Shown: piece by piece, positions 22,800-34,299 of the stretch
How positions within the stretch are numbered: position 1 is the stretch's first letter
How the letters are laid out: every line of letters starts with the position of its first letter
Origin: an uncultured virus (IMG/VR IMGVR_UViG_3300042356_001581)
Lineage: Duplodnaviria > Heunggongvirae > Uroviricota > Caudoviricetes
DNA length: 64,000 nucleotides
Virus record (IMG/VR): IMGVR_UViG_3300042356_001581
Direction: 5' to 3' (one strand)
The notes under the pieces: model-generated
Seen by the model: the letters and a program-made list of their open reading frames with translations, nothing else
The model's database searches: none
Told to the model about the DNA's origin: nothing
Program-made: the position numbers and the translations under genes

Positions 22800-23096
22800 A
22801 TGTCATTAAAAAGAAATCTAAAAAACGATATTGTCCAATTCCGAAATGAGGGCAAATCTTATAGAGAAATTCAAAAAATACTCTCTTGCTCAAGAGGTAC
22901 TATTAATTATCATTGTCGAAATACTGGTATGGTTGATACAGGTAAAAAAGTTTACCCACTTGATAATGACCTTAAAAAAAGTATTGCCGATTATTGTAAA
23001 AATCACTCTTTAGTTGCTACCGCCAAAGCGTTTAAACTTTCGCTTTCTACTATCAACAATTACAAGAACTATCAAGCCCCTGAACCAACGGTCTAA
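22800..23096 (+). CDS. double HTH DNA-binding protein
   Basis: GKSYREIQKILSCSRGTINYH and SLVATAKAFKLSLSTI. Confidence 0.7.
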   Translation: MSLKRNLKNDIVQFRNEGKSYREIQKILSCSRGTINYHCRNTGMVDTGKKVYPLDNDLKKSIADYCKNHSLVATAKAFKLSLSTINNYKNYQAPEPTV

Positions 23097-24047
23097 ATGA
23101 AAAAGAACAATTCTCTTAAGCTATTCAATAAGATTGCTAAACGTGCCTATAAGGTATCGAAAAAACGCAATTTAGGTTGGAAGTGGTCAGATGCGCAAAA
23201 ATGGACTTCGGCTAATTTATTCCAAAAGTATAAGGGTACAAAAAACCTTTCTAAAATAAAGGTTACTGAAATAGATATTCAAGTAACAGGGATTTTAGAT
23301 GGTAGTATTACTCCTTTTGTAAAACAAATTATTGCAGTTACTCCGCCAAAGCCAAGAGAGATTTGTTTTAATCCATTTGATATTGGGTCTTTCCTTTTAG
23401 ATAGTTTTGAATGGTTTGACATTGTTGATAAAGTTTCAATACTAAACAACGATGTCAAAGTTGATTTAGATTTAGAATATAACGGCAATGTTTTTGCTAA
23501 AACAGGTGTGATTAAAAAAGAACTTCTTCCTAACTTGCTTAAAATTAGAGAAGATATGCGAAAAGTAAGTAGTAAGAGTGGTTTTTACCCTATTATTTCT
23601 TTTTACATTACTTTAATTGAGGGAGAAGAAGACAACAGAGAGATTGCTTGTAATTACTATATTCTAATAACATTTGAAGGCTCTTCTACATTCAATGCTC
23701 TTAGTGTAAAAGGTCTTATAAAAGACAATTTTACTTCAAAAGAGCAAATGCCTATTACTGAAATTGAGCGTATTGAATTAGCACAAAAGCAAAAAGATGA
23801 AGAGCGTAGATTACTTACAAAGAAAAAAGCAACAACTTTTCAACTTCCTTCTAAGGTTGAGCCAAAAAAAGTTGAGCCAAAAGTAGAACCACAAATCGGA
23901 GACACCAAAGCCAATAGACTTGCAGAGTATAATAAAGCTATGGACAAATTAGATAGTCAACTTGATAGGAAACTTATTACCAAAAAACAATACCGAGAGA
24001 GATTCGACCAATTAGGTAAAAATCTAAAAGACGGAGGGCAAGTTTAA
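23097..24047 (+). CDS. hypothetical protein with a basic N-terminus
   Basis: ORF directly upstream of the PolB-like gene. Confidence 0.7.
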   Translation: MKKNNSLKLFNKIAKRAYKVSKKRNLGWKWSDAQKWTSANLFQKYKGTKNLSKIKVTEIDIQVTGILDGSITPFVKQIIAVTPPKPREICFNPFDIGSFLLDSFEWFDIVDKVSILNNDVKVDLDLEYNGNVFAKTGVIKKELLPNLLKIREDMRKVSSKSGFYPIISFYITLIEGEEDNREIACNYYILITFEGSSTFNALSVKGLIKDNFTSKEQMPITEIERIELAQKQKDEERRLLTKKKATTFQLPSKVEPKKVEPKVEPQIGDTKANRLAEYNKAMDKLDSQLDRKLITKKQYRERFDQLGKNLKDGGQV

Positions 24048-24059
24048 CAACAACAAACT

Positions 24060-24806
24060 ATGGATTTAGAATCTGAAAAATTACAAAGAAGCTACAAACG
24101 TGTTTCTATGGGTAATATGTACAATAATTTAGTCAAGGGTAAGGCTAATTTCCTTATCCGAAGAGGCACAGAATGTAATGAACTTATTTTTGATGGATTG
24201 CACAATGTTTATGCAACCGAAAATCAGAATTTTCGAAGCAATAAAATATTTCTATTTAACTTGGTTACACGTGATGTGAAAAAGTTCCTTAAAACCAATC
24301 CATTTATTGAGCTACCTCCCAAAAAAGATGTTAGTTCCTACTCATACACTTACGATTTAGAAGAAGGTACATTGACAGGTACAGACCTTGACCACGCATA
24401 CTGGAGAATAGCTTATGCAAAAGGCTACATTTCGAGAAAAACCTATGACTACGGATTAGATGATACCGCCAAGCCTTTGCGCCTTGCCACGCTATCTGTT
24501 TTAGGTCGAGAAAAGGTTTTTGAAAAGTGGGAAAACGGCGAGTATCTTGAAAGCATTACTATAAAGAAAAAAGACGAACAACTATGTATGGTATATTCTG
24601 ACATACGTTTTTCTTGCTTTTATATGATGTACGAACTTTCTGTTATGCTTGGTAAAGACTTTTTTTGTTGGAAAACTGATGCAATTTACTACCGAAATAC
24701 CCCTAAAAACATCAAAATAGTACAAGACTATTTTAATGAGCGTGAAATGCTGTTCAAGCAGTTATTTTACGATGATAAAGACCGTTCCGTAGAGATAGAT
24801 TACTAA
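24060..24806 (+). CDS. minimal family-B DNA polymerase-like protein (palm only)
   Basis: GTDLDHAYW (motif A-like), KPLRLATLSVLG (motif B-like) and WKTDAIYY (motif C-like) in the expected order. Confidence 0.5.
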   Translation: MDLESEKLQRSYKRVSMGNMYNNLVKGKANFLIRRGTECNELIFDGLHNVYATENQNFRSNKIFLFNLVTRDVKKFLKTNPFIELPPKKDVSSYSYTYDLEEGTLTGTDLDHAYWRIAYAKGYISRKTYDYGLDDTAKPLRLATLSVLGREKVFEKWENGEYLESITIKKKDEQLCMVYSDIRFSCFYMMYELSVMLGKDFFCWKTDAIYYRNTPKNIKIVQDYFNEREMLFKQLFYDDKDRSVEIDY

Positions 24807-24853
24807 ACAATATTATTATTTAGAATAATATTTAATTTATTTATACTTTTTTA

Positions 24854-24883
24854 TTGCATATATTAACTTTATACATATATTTG
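24854..24883 (+). promoter_or_regulatory. Bacteroidota-type promoter
   Basis: TTG at 24854, 19-nt spacer, TATATTTG 24876-24883; the downstream CDS likely starts at ATG 24902. Confidence 0.65.
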
Positions 24884-25972
24884 TATAATAAAACCAAGAT
24901 TATGAATTTACAAACAACACCATTCTCAAATCAAGAAATCAAGAAAACATACGAGATTAGCACTTTTCAAGAGCTAGGTGTCAACATTAATGTTCTTAAT
25001 GACATTAGCGAAAATGGGCGAAAATTATCTTCGGGAAACTGTTATAAATTTGGCGTTATAATAGACGGAAAATACTTTTGGTACTTTAATGGAGACCCAG
25101 TTAAAAAAATTCAAGACCAAAGAGTTGACCGTACAAAAATGCGTGAAATTTATAGCATTTTATTAGAAGTAAACAAAGACACGAACAACATTCCATTTAC
25201 ATTTAAAGTCAAACGATAAACTATGACGATACACATAAGCAAAGAAGATGGAGATAGGATTTTAGAAAACTTTCTCATTAGTGCTTCTAAAGAAAATGGA
25301 AGTGTCGAATGTGCTAAAGAATCTATTCAAATAATGGATGAATTTGATGATTCTAATTTAATAGTGCAAACTCTAATTTCAAGTTCTATCAGAAATAGTG
25401 GAAAAATATCTGATGATATTATTGATTTTGAAGTTGATGTTCTTTCTGCTATTGCCACTATGTACAGTACTTGTAAGAAATCCGAGATACCTATTCAATT
25501 TGAAGACCTTTTTTCTGGTTCTGAAGATGAAATATTGGATAAAGTTGGCAGAAATAAGAAGATTGGTTTTGCTGTTCAAGCATTTGTTAATGCTTTTTAC
25601 ACATTTGATAGATTTGAAAAAAAATACCCCGAAATAACAAAGATGCTATGAAACCAACATTTTTAGACCAAAAAACAGTAAAAGACAAAGTTCTTTTTTT
25701 ACTTAAAGAAATGCCTAAGTTAAGAGAAAGTGATAATGATTTGATTGCGACTTTTATTCTTAACGACATTGGTATTGCGGACATTCAGCAAATGACCGCT
25801 TTAGACTTATTAGCAAAGATGTCTAATTCTAAATTAACGCCTTTTGAAACTATTCGTAGAGCTAGAATTGAGATTCAGAAGAATCACGAAGAACTCAAAG
25901 GTGCAGAATTTGGAAAAAGAAAAAAAACAACCAAAATACCATTGTTTAAAGTAAATATTAGAGAAAAATAAA

Positions 25973-26272
25973 ATGGACGCAATCTTATTTAAAACTGACG
26001 GAACAAAGAAAAAAATAAAAGTAACCACTTTTGTTGAAGCAAGAGGAATTGTATGTAATTACGACACAGACGGACTTGCTGAAATAGTAAGACTTTCTAA
26101 TGGAAGTCTATTTATGATTGATGAAGATGGTAAGTCTAAAAACTACCCTACAAATAAAATAGCAACAAGTATGGCGCACTTAAACGAAGCTATATATCCT
26201 CACGACTATATTGTAGGCGATGTTCTTTTATTTGAGGACGATAACGAGTTTGAAGAAATGGATTATGAGTGA
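25973..26272 (+). CDS. DUF3846-like phage protein
   Basis: MIDEDGK...PTNKIAT...DYIVGDVLL. Confidence 0.6.
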   Translation: MDAILFKTDGTKKKIKVTTFVEARGIVCNYDTDGLAEIVRLSNGSLFMIDEDGKSKNYPTNKIATSMAHLNEAIYPHDYIVGDVLLFEDDNEFEEMDYE

Positions 26273-26579
26273 AAAAGTTCACACTGGTCAACTTTTAAAA
26301 AAAGCCGTAAGTGATAGCGGTATTAAAATTGCTGAATTGGCAAGAAAGATTGGTAGAAGCAGGAGATTCATTTACGGTATTTTCGACAAACAAGATGTGC
26401 CTTTGCATTATATTTTACAAATAGGAGAAACAATTAATCACGATTTTTTTGCAGAAATTAACTCTGACCATAACAACATACCGCACCTCTATCAAAAAGA
26501 TGGGTATTGGAAAGATAAGTATTTAAAAATTTTAGAGGAATACAACGAATTACTTAAATTGCACTATGGGAAAAATTAA
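26265..26579 (+). CDS. XRE-type HTH transcriptional regulator
   Basis: HTGQLLKKAVSDSGIKIAELARKIGRSRRFIY...HDFF. Confidence 0.75.
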   Translation: MSEKVHTGQLLKKAVSDSGIKIAELARKIGRSRRFIYGIFDKQDVPLHYILQIGETINHDFFAEINSDHNNIPHLYQKDGYWKDKYLKILEEYNELLKLHYGKN

Positions 26580-26847
26580 AAATATACCTAAAAATATTTA
26601 TCTTCAAGTCGATTCTGACGGAGACAATTCTGAAATTGAATTTAAAGACCTCGCAGGGGTTAGTTGGTGCGCCGATAGGATTCACGATACTGATTTAAAG
26701 TTTCAGTTAAATCAAACAGATAATAGGCTATTCACTAAAGAGGATATGATTGCGTTTGCTACCTACGTTCCTGACTTTAAAAGCATTATTGATAAAATAG
26801 AGTATATGAAAAGTAATTTTGATACTTGGGCTTTACATAGGAAATGA

Positions 26848-26875
26848 AAAAAGGCGGTAACAACTCCGCCTTTTT
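26848..26875 (+). terminator. rho-independent terminator
   Basis: AAAAAGGCGG-N8-CCGCCTTTTT. Confidence 0.8.
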
Positions 26876-27308
26876 AACCAAGAAACTTTTTCAACAACAC
26901 ACTATGGATTAATGATGTTATTAAGACAAAAATACCTAATTTAGTTTTGTAAATATTTATTTCTCCAAACAATAACTTTAAATAATCATTTTCACGTAAT
27001 TTATTTTAAGGTATGACTACCAAGTTTTACAAATACTACTTCAAGAATTTAGACAAGCCTTTGACTATGGAAGCGGAAGATAAAAGAACCGCAGACCAGA
27101 TGTTAGTGCAGTTGAGCCTTAAATCTAAAGTAAGAATGAAAACTGCTGACCTAATTGATGTGAGGATTGAAACGCCTTTATTTGGTATCACTACTAAGAC
27201 CAGAAACGATATTGAATGGGTTTGGGTAGGCAAGGACAAAACCTCTGACGGTTGGCTTGAATTGGAAGAATACGAAAGAATTGAAGAAATGAAAAAACAA
27301 CAACAATA

Positions 27309-28850
27309 ATGATAGTAGAAAAAGATAGTTTAGCGTTTTTACAAGAGCAAAAAGATTTTGCTTTTGATATTAACTACTCCGACCCACCTTACGCTCTAGG
27401 TAGTGAGATTTACATTCGACCTGATGGCAAGTTCGATTATAAAAAGGCAACTGACTTTATGAACAAGTGGGAGATGCCAACAGGGGAATATTGGGAAAAG
27501 TGGTTTGAAGAAAGTTTCAGAACACTAAAGCACGGTGGGTACTGTGTTATGTTTGGAATAGACCGCCAACTTCCTATGTTTCAATACTACGCAATCAAGG
27601 CAGGATTTCAAGTACGGCAATCTATGTACTGGTATTTTATAAGTTCCTTCCCTAAATCGAGTAATTTATCGAACAATATAGACAAAAGTTTTAAAGTTCA
27701 AAGAACTGTCGTTGGCACAAAAAAAGGTATGGGAAAACAAAACCCTGAATTTGGAGGTAAAAATCAAGGCAGAAAAGAAAATTATATAAAGCCTGAATAC
27801 GACTTGACTTATCCAACGCACGACCTTGCTAAAAAATATGAGGGCTATAAATATTCTATCGCACCTTTGAAACAAACTTGCGAAACTATTATGATTTTTC
27901 AGAAACCATACAAGACAAGTTCGTGCTTACACGACACATTGGCTTATGAGAATGGCGATGATACTTGCGCTTGTTTTGCTTGGAATATTGACGGAGGTAG
28001 GGTTGCATCACAAGAAGATTTATCCAAAAATTATAAATCCATTAGAAAGTCAGATGATGAAATGGGAGAACGAGTTGGTAAAATGGGTTTTCGTCAAGGC
28101 AAAGATAGTTTTTGTGAAGCACCTAATAGTATTGAATTAGGTCGTTACCCAAGCCAAACATTTTGTGATAGCGATGTTGCCGAAAGACTTGATAAGCAAA
28201 GTGGAATTTCAAAATCTTCGGGCGGAAGCGGGGAAAAATCTATGGGGGCATTAGGCAAGAATGGTAAATATGGAAAATTTGCTTTAAATGTAATTGCAGA
28301 TAATATAGGTGGTTTGGGAGATACGGGTGGTTGCTCTAAAATACTACATAAGTGCGACTACGAAAATGGCGAAATGGATTTGTATGTTTATGCGCCAAAG
28401 GTTTCTAAAAACGAAAGAAACGCAGGTTGTGATGAATTAGACGACAAGCATTTTCAAATGCGACCTTTTGCTGAAAAGGGTTCTGATATTTCAGAAATGA
28501 AAAACAGACTAAATAGTAAATCAGGGAAGAACAACCACCCAACCTTGAAACCAATTTCTTTGTCTTACAGAATATTGACATTGTTTAAAACCCCAAACCC
28601 GCAGAAAATAGTTTATCCGTTTGCGGGTGTTCAAAGTGAAGTAATTGGTGGCTACAAAGCAGGGTTTACAGATTTTTCAGGGTGCGAGTTAAATGCCGAG
28701 TATGTTGATATTGGAAACGTAAGATTTGAGCATTGGAAAGATAAGCCTTTTGACGAAAAAGGTAAAGTGGTTGAGCCGAAAAAACAAACCAAAGCCAAAA
28801 AAGAAGAAAAACCAAAAAAGAAACCAAACGTACAACTTAAACTTTTGTAA
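27309..28850 (+). CDS. site-specific DNA methyltransferase (N4/N6, beta-class order) with a large insertion
   Basis: SDPPY, LKHGG, NNHPTLKP, YPFAGVQSE (variant motif I), GCELNAEY. Confidence 0.85.
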   Translation: MIVEKDSLAFLQEQKDFAFDINYSDPPYALGSEIYIRPDGKFDYKKATDFMNKWEMPTGEYWEKWFEESFRTLKHGGYCVMFGIDRQLPMFQYYAIKAGFQVRQSMYWYFISSFPKSSNLSNNIDKSFKVQRTVVGTKKGMGKQNPEFGGKNQGRKENYIKPEYDLTYPTHDLAKKYEGYKYSIAPLKQTCETIMIFQKPYKTSSCLHDTLAYENGDDTCACFAWNIDGGRVASQEDLSKNYKSIRKSDDEMGERVGKMGFRQGKDSFCEAPNSIELGRYPSQTFCDSDVAERLDKQSGISKSSGGSGEKSMGALGKNGKYGKFALNVIADNIGGLGDTGGCSKILHKCDYENGEMDLYVYAPKVSKNERNAGCDELDDKHFQMRPFAEKGSDISEMKNRLNSKSGKNNHPTLKPISLSYRILTLFKTPNPQKIVYPFAGVQSEVIGGYKAGFTDFSGCELNAEYVDIGNVRFEHWKDKPFDEKGKVVEPKKQTKAKKEEKPKKKPNVQLKLL

Positions 28851-29029
28851 AATGGAAATAAAATACAACACATCAATTGAGGTAAATCAAAAGCAATACG
28901 GCATCTGTATGAGCAGACATCACGGTATCTGCGCAGGTAGAGTTGAGAACGGAAAATACTTCATTAAAATTCTCTTTATGAAGTATGTAAAAGATGTAGA
29001 AAGAGACTTAATTAACAACCAATAATCAA

Positions 29030-29818
29030 ATGATTAACATTTCACAATCATTCCTAAAAGAGTTCAACAAGTACAAGTTAGGCGAAACTTGCGGACTTCA
29101 AGTAAGAGCAAAATACATTGACAATAACTACCCAAGAACCTCATCAGAGGTAATGGAGCTAGGCAATTTTTTTGAATTTATGGCAACGGGTTCACTGCCA
29201 CGTGATGGTCATATTCCTGTTGCGAATGTAGTTTACAAAGGAACTGCAAAGCAGAAACTAGACGACAAATATCAGAGGGCTTTAGATAGTGCCGTGTTCT
29301 TCAAAAGAATAATTCAGCATTACGGAATTGAAATCAAGGAAACAGGCAAGGTTATTACCCAAGACGGTATGACGGGTATATTGGATATTTACGCCGAGTG
29401 GAATGGCAGAAATTGTATAATCGACACCAAATATAGCGGACTGTTATACGATAGATGGAATGAGATGGGATGGGACTTGGACTCACTTCCCGAAAAGCAT
29501 AATCTGATGCTACAACCAGTGCAATACAAAATATTGATGTCGTTAGAACTTGGAATTCCTGTTGAAAATATCGACTTCTACTTCTTTGTTTTTTCTTCTA
29601 CTAATCCAAACGATGCAAAGATTATTAAAGTTGTCAATGACGAAGCTACAATAGAACAGCACCACTTGGCTATTAAGTATGTAAAAAAAGAGTTGGCAAG
29701 ACCATTAGACGTTGTATTTAAAGCTAAACCAGAATTATTAAGATGCTTGGATTGTGGAATAAAAGAAAATTGTAATTTCCGCATAGAAATACCGCCAATA
29801 CAAGAGGTTTATTACTAA
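29030..29818 (+). CDS. PD-(D/E)XK exonuclease (RecE/RecB-like)
   Basis: GILDIY...IIDTK...QPVQY, plus C-terminal CLDC...C. Confidence 0.75.
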   Translation: MINISQSFLKEFNKYKLGETCGLQVRAKYIDNNYPRTSSEVMELGNFFEFMATGSLPRDGHIPVANVVYKGTAKQKLDDKYQRALDSAVFFKRIIQHYGIEIKETGKVITQDGMTGILDIYAEWNGRNCIIDTKYSGLLYDRWNEMGWDLDSLPEKHNLMLQPVQYKILMSLELGIPVENIDFYFFVFSSTNPNDAKIIKVVNDEATIEQHHLAIKYVKKELARPLDVVFKAKPELLRCLDCGIKENCNFRIEIPPIQEVYY

Positions 29819-29862
29819 AAAATAAATTTATTAAAAAGTTTCGTAAATTGTTTGCTTATTTG

Positions 29863-29893
29863 TTTGTTTTATTGTTTGTTTTATTTACATTTG
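29863..29893 (+). promoter_or_regulatory. Bacteroidota-type promoter within TTGTTT repeats
   Basis: TTTG at 29863, 19-nt spacer, TACATTTG 29886-29893; the CDS likely starts at 29933. Confidence 0.6.
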
Positions 29894-29932
29894 TCCGATA
29901 AATTGTTTTATAAACTAATAAATTTAAAAAAA

Positions 29933-30544
29933 ATGGAAACTATTTTAGAAAAAAAAGGGCATATAAAAAGATATGCTACAAAAGAAGAAATGTCAAAATG
30001 TATTGAGTGTTTAGTGGACGAACTTTGGCAAGATGTTGTTAAAAATAAAACATCAATTATATGGTGTAAAAATGATTTTGAAAAAGGAGAACAAAAATTT
30101 AAAGAAGAAGAAATATTAAGATATGAAGATATTCTTGGTTTTTTTGGGATTGTTGATTATTTTCCTGAAGAAAATTGTTCGCTAATAACAACCTCTTATG
30201 CTTACAGAGATTCGGAAGACTGTTCTGCAACAAATGTGCCGTACCGATTTATAAACATAGAGGGTGTATATTCTACTGTAGAAAGAGATAGTGATTATTT
30301 TGATTTCAAGTTAAATCTTTTTATTAAAAAAACTATTTCTTCTTTTAAAAGTATTGTAGGAAGACCAAAGAGACCTACTGATAAGTCTATAGAGAAATCC
30401 ATATTAATTTTAGATGCGGTTAAAGATAAAGTATTTAGCATTGATTATGCTTGTAAAGAAATTGGCTTACCTAAATCGACTTATTACAAAACTCTCAAGT
30501 GGATGTTAAAAAATTCAATAACGCTTTTAAATAAAAAACTTTGA
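29933..30544 (+). CDS. hypothetical protein with C-terminal HTH
   Basis: GRPKR and SIDYACKEIGLPKSTYYK. Confidence 0.65.
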   Translation: METILEKKGHIKRYATKEEMSKCIECLVDELWQDVVKNKTSIIWCKNDFEKGEQKFKEEEILRYEDILGFFGIVDYFPEENCSLITTSYAYRDSEDCSATNVPYRFINIEGVYSTVERDSDYFDFKLNLFIKKTISSFKSIVGRPKRPTDKSIEKSILILDAVKDKVFSIDYACKEIGLPKSTYYKTLKWMLKNSITLLNKKL

Positions 30545-30558
30545 TTTTATTTTTTTTA

Positions 30559-30596
30559 GTACCAAAATACTTTTATCTTTGTAGCAAGAAACTTAA
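30559..30596 (+). promoter_or_regulatory. promoter with phage motif
   Basis: GTACCAAAATAC 30559-30570, TATCTTTG 30574-30581, then AAGAAACTTAA. Confidence 0.7.
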
Positions 30597-31142
30597 CAAC
30601 AAATAAAAAAAAACACATTATCTATGAAACGATTTCACTGTAAAAACTTATTAGAAGCATTAGTAGAATGTAAAAGACTAATGGACGAATATTCATTTTA
30701 CAGTGGTAATTTTGAAATGCAATATAGTAATTGGGTAAATTTAAGAGCTTTTTTACTTCAAAAAGGGATTATTAAAACTAGATACACCACTTTTTTTTGG
30801 GTCGGACAAATACCAACTGAAGAATTGGTTACTGAATTTTTAGCATATTTAAAGGACGTAAAAATCAAAAAACCAAATAAGATAACTCAAGAAACAAGTC
30901 TTAACGAAATTTACGCCGACTACCTAATTCTTCAAAAAGAATTACAGAAAATTAAAGCTGAAAACAGAGAAATGTTTAAGGATTTAAAACTTAACTATCA
31001 AGCAAAAGTTAAAGCAGAACAAAAATATAAAGACTTATTCTCAAGAGTTAATAGTGTTTTGTACGACCCTGTAAAAGACAGTCCGTTGTTTGAATCTTTT
31101 AAAAGTGCAGTCATTAAACATTATGGTAAAAAATAAACAAAA

Positions 31143-31457
31143 ATGGAATCTACAAACACAAGTACCCTTGACCAATTTGATGCTATCAGAAAAATAACTG
31201 ACGAAACCGCAATCAGTATTTTAATCCAAGACCTTACCTCTAGTTGAAAACTTCAATCAGAAGAAGGTAAAGCATTGCTTCTACGGTTAATCAAAGTTTT
31301 AGAAGAAAGCTATTTAGGGAAAGAGCGTGATATAATGGAAAAATTTGCTTTTGATTTTTACTATGACCTATCACGCCAAATGGGAGTTCCTGAAAATCTT
31401 ATTTCAGAAAACCTCACTCACGCTGAAATATACTTTTATGAAAAATTCTACACATAA
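31143..31457 (+). pseudogene. ORF interrupted by a single in-frame TGA
   Basis: ATG 31143 is in frame with 31275..31457; TGA at 31245-31247. Confidence 0.5.
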
Positions 31458-32184
31458 AAAAGATGTGTAATCACGAAGATTTTAAAATAGCCGAAAGGCT
31501 TTTTAACAAGTTTGGAAAAAATGTTGCAACTGCTATTTTTTGTTTGAAGTGCGGGTCAAGTCAAAAAATTATAACTCCTAAAAAATAATAATTATGATGC
31601 ACGAATTACAATTAAAACTAAAAGAAGAAGCGATTAAAGTTTACCAAGAAACGGGATTTACTCCCGAAAAACTTTTGAATATGTACAAAATAGCAGTAAG
31701 TACGTTAGAAGTAAATCTCGATACAATTAAATTTATGTTTAGCGAGGAACAAAAACTACAAGAGAAATTATCACAACAAAATGATAAACTTGAAAAATTA
31801 GTGAATCAATCAGAATTATTATAAGAAACTCAAAACAATAATTATTATGAAATACATAGTCAGAATCCTTGTTTTGCCTTTTTGGGCTACTGCTTATTTG
31901 ATTTTTAATACTTACTATCTTTTGATAGGTTTGTTTAAAATTTCTTACGGATTTATGGTTTATGGTGGAGAACAAATCACACTTAATCATAAAGACAATA
32001 GAGCCTCCATATTTGAAGTTTATCAAAAACTTGAACAAATGGAACTTAACTCAAAAGTTGACCCAAGAAGCGATTGTAACCACGTTTGGGAAAAAGAAAT
32101 AGGCTATGGTCAAACAACTATGCCAAGACAAAAATGCGTTATCTGCGGAGTACAAAACACTATTAAAACTTTTTAACAAAAATT

Positions 32185-32781
32185 ATGAGAACAAAATTAT
32201 TCCTAGACCTTGAGTTCACAGGGCTACATCAAGCGACAACGCCAATATCGTTAGGTATTATTTCCGAGTGCGGAAAAACATTCTATGCTGAATTTACAGA
32301 TTACGATAGAACCCAACTTAACGATTGGTTAGACGAGAATATAATTCCGAATACGTGGGTAGCCATAAACAATCCAATTACTTCTATGGGCGAAGTTATA
32401 GGAGATACTCGTTGGGCTGACAAGCACGTTTTCGGTTCTTCTGATTACATCAAACCTTTTTTAGAAGAATGGTTGTCTCAATTTGAAAAGATTGTAATTT
32501 GGTCAGACTGCCTTGCCTACGATTGGGTTCTATTCAATCAGATTTGGGGACACGCATTTAGTATTCCTGAAAATATCTACTACATAGCTATGGATATATG
32601 CACTGTATTTGAAATGCAAGGTATTGACCCTGATATTTCAAGAGAAGAATACTGTGAAATAGAAAACTTCAAAGACGAAAAAACAAAGTTGCTATACAAT
32701 GATTTTAAGTCTGTAAAACACAATGCCTTGTGGGATGCTTTTATAATCCGTGAGTGCTATAAAAAATTAACCAATTTTTAA
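32185..32781 (+). CDS. DEDDh 3'-5' exonuclease (Rv2179c/DUF5051-like)
   Basis: FLDLEFTG, FYAE, AYDWV, HNALWDA. Confidence 0.85.
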   Translation: MRTKLFLDLEFTGLHQATTPISLGIISECGKTFYAEFTDYDRTQLNDWLDENIIPNTWVAINNPITSMGEVIGDTRWADKHVFGSSDYIKPFLEEWLSQFEKIVIWSDCLAYDWVLFNQIWGHAFSIPENIYYIAMDICTVFEMQGIDPDISREEYCEIENFKDEKTKLLYNDFKSVKHNALWDAFIIRECYKKLTNF

Positions 32782-34299
32782 TTATGAAATTTACAAGCCC
32801 TTACAAAATGTCGAGAAACTATACTGAACTTTTTGATTTAATAGCAAATGGACACGAAATACCTTGCTTTGTTGATTACTCTTTTCGTGATAATGATAAA
32901 GTCAAGTGCAGAGATATTTGTAGAGTTAGAAGAAGAGCCGATTTTGATATTTCTTTTGGAGCAAGAGGTATTGGCTATGGAGAAATTTCTTCTTGGAGCA
33001 AAGAAAATGGAGAACGTGAATTAGATGCTTTTTATGATTTATGTGAAATGCTTAATGTTGAATTTATAGAACTTTAAATTATGTCCTACACAATACTCAA
33101 ACACAAAATGGTTAAAACCAAAAAACCACACCTTTGCTTCAGTTGCCTTAAAAGGTTTCCAGAAAATACCGCTATGATTAGTTGGGCAGGTATGTATATG
33201 GGAGATTTCAATTCAGGCTACACTTGCCTCACTTGTGAAGAAATTATCGCTTTGAGCGTGAAAAAAGGAATTATAGAGACTGATGTAGTTGATTTTGGAT
33301 TTGTGACTGAATTTTTATCAAAAGAAACTACTCCTGAAATGGTGTTAGAAAACTTAAAAAAACAATAATTATGAATACAATATTATTTGAATGTGATGTT
33401 ACAGAGTTTGACATTGTGCCGAACAAACAAAATGACGAAATATGCTTTGCTTTAAACCAAAAAGCAATGGTAATTAATTTTATGGACACCAATAAAAAAT
33501 CTATTTTAATGCACTCTGAAATAGATAAAGAAGATGCTATTCGTTTGGCTAAATTGATACTATTTAATTACAATATAAAAATCCATAAAAATGAGTAATT
33601 GGAAATATTATGAGGACGTAGATTTTTCAGACCCAAATATTGCGAGATACAACATTGACACTCGTGATTTCTACTGCGCAGTTCAGACTAAGGAAGAAAT
33701 GGAACAAAGTGATAGGTTAATTGAAAAATTAGACACGAGTGTAATTGACACTTATCCAACATCAAAATTCTATCATACAGAGAAAGAGGTAAAAGATATG
33801 ATTGAAAGGTTTTGGAGAGAAAGCGGTGGAGACGGTGATTGGAGATGCCTATCTCTCAAAAGCAAAAACAAAAACGTTACAAATTGGAACTTAAAATACA
33901 TCAGAATTGTAAGAACTGACAAAGGCTTTTTAGTTTGTAATTCATACGGTGTTATAATAAGCAAAAACAGTTTAAGCGACCCAATTGAAACCGAATACTT
34001 AAACCACATTTCTGACAAGATGTATAAGAGATAATTATGTACGAATTTGAATATACAAACGGTCTTTACGAAAATGACGTTGATTCAATTATCAATTTCA
34101 TAACTAAAGAATTGTCAGCCATTAGAAAAAATAAAAAAAACCTTGTTAGGTTTGCTTATTCAGGAAGCATCAAGGGAAAACTTATTTTTCTTGACTTTCA
34201 AAGAATAATAAACGAAACTCAAAGAATGAGCGTGGAAATAGACTTTTTAGAAAATAAAAGAAAACACTACATAGAAATAAAAGAAAAACAACAACAAAA

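Noticed and set aside
29030..29818. Cas4 as part of a CRISPR system
   Set aside because: A solo PD-(D/E)XK nuclease is better explained as the RecT partner; no array or other cas genes
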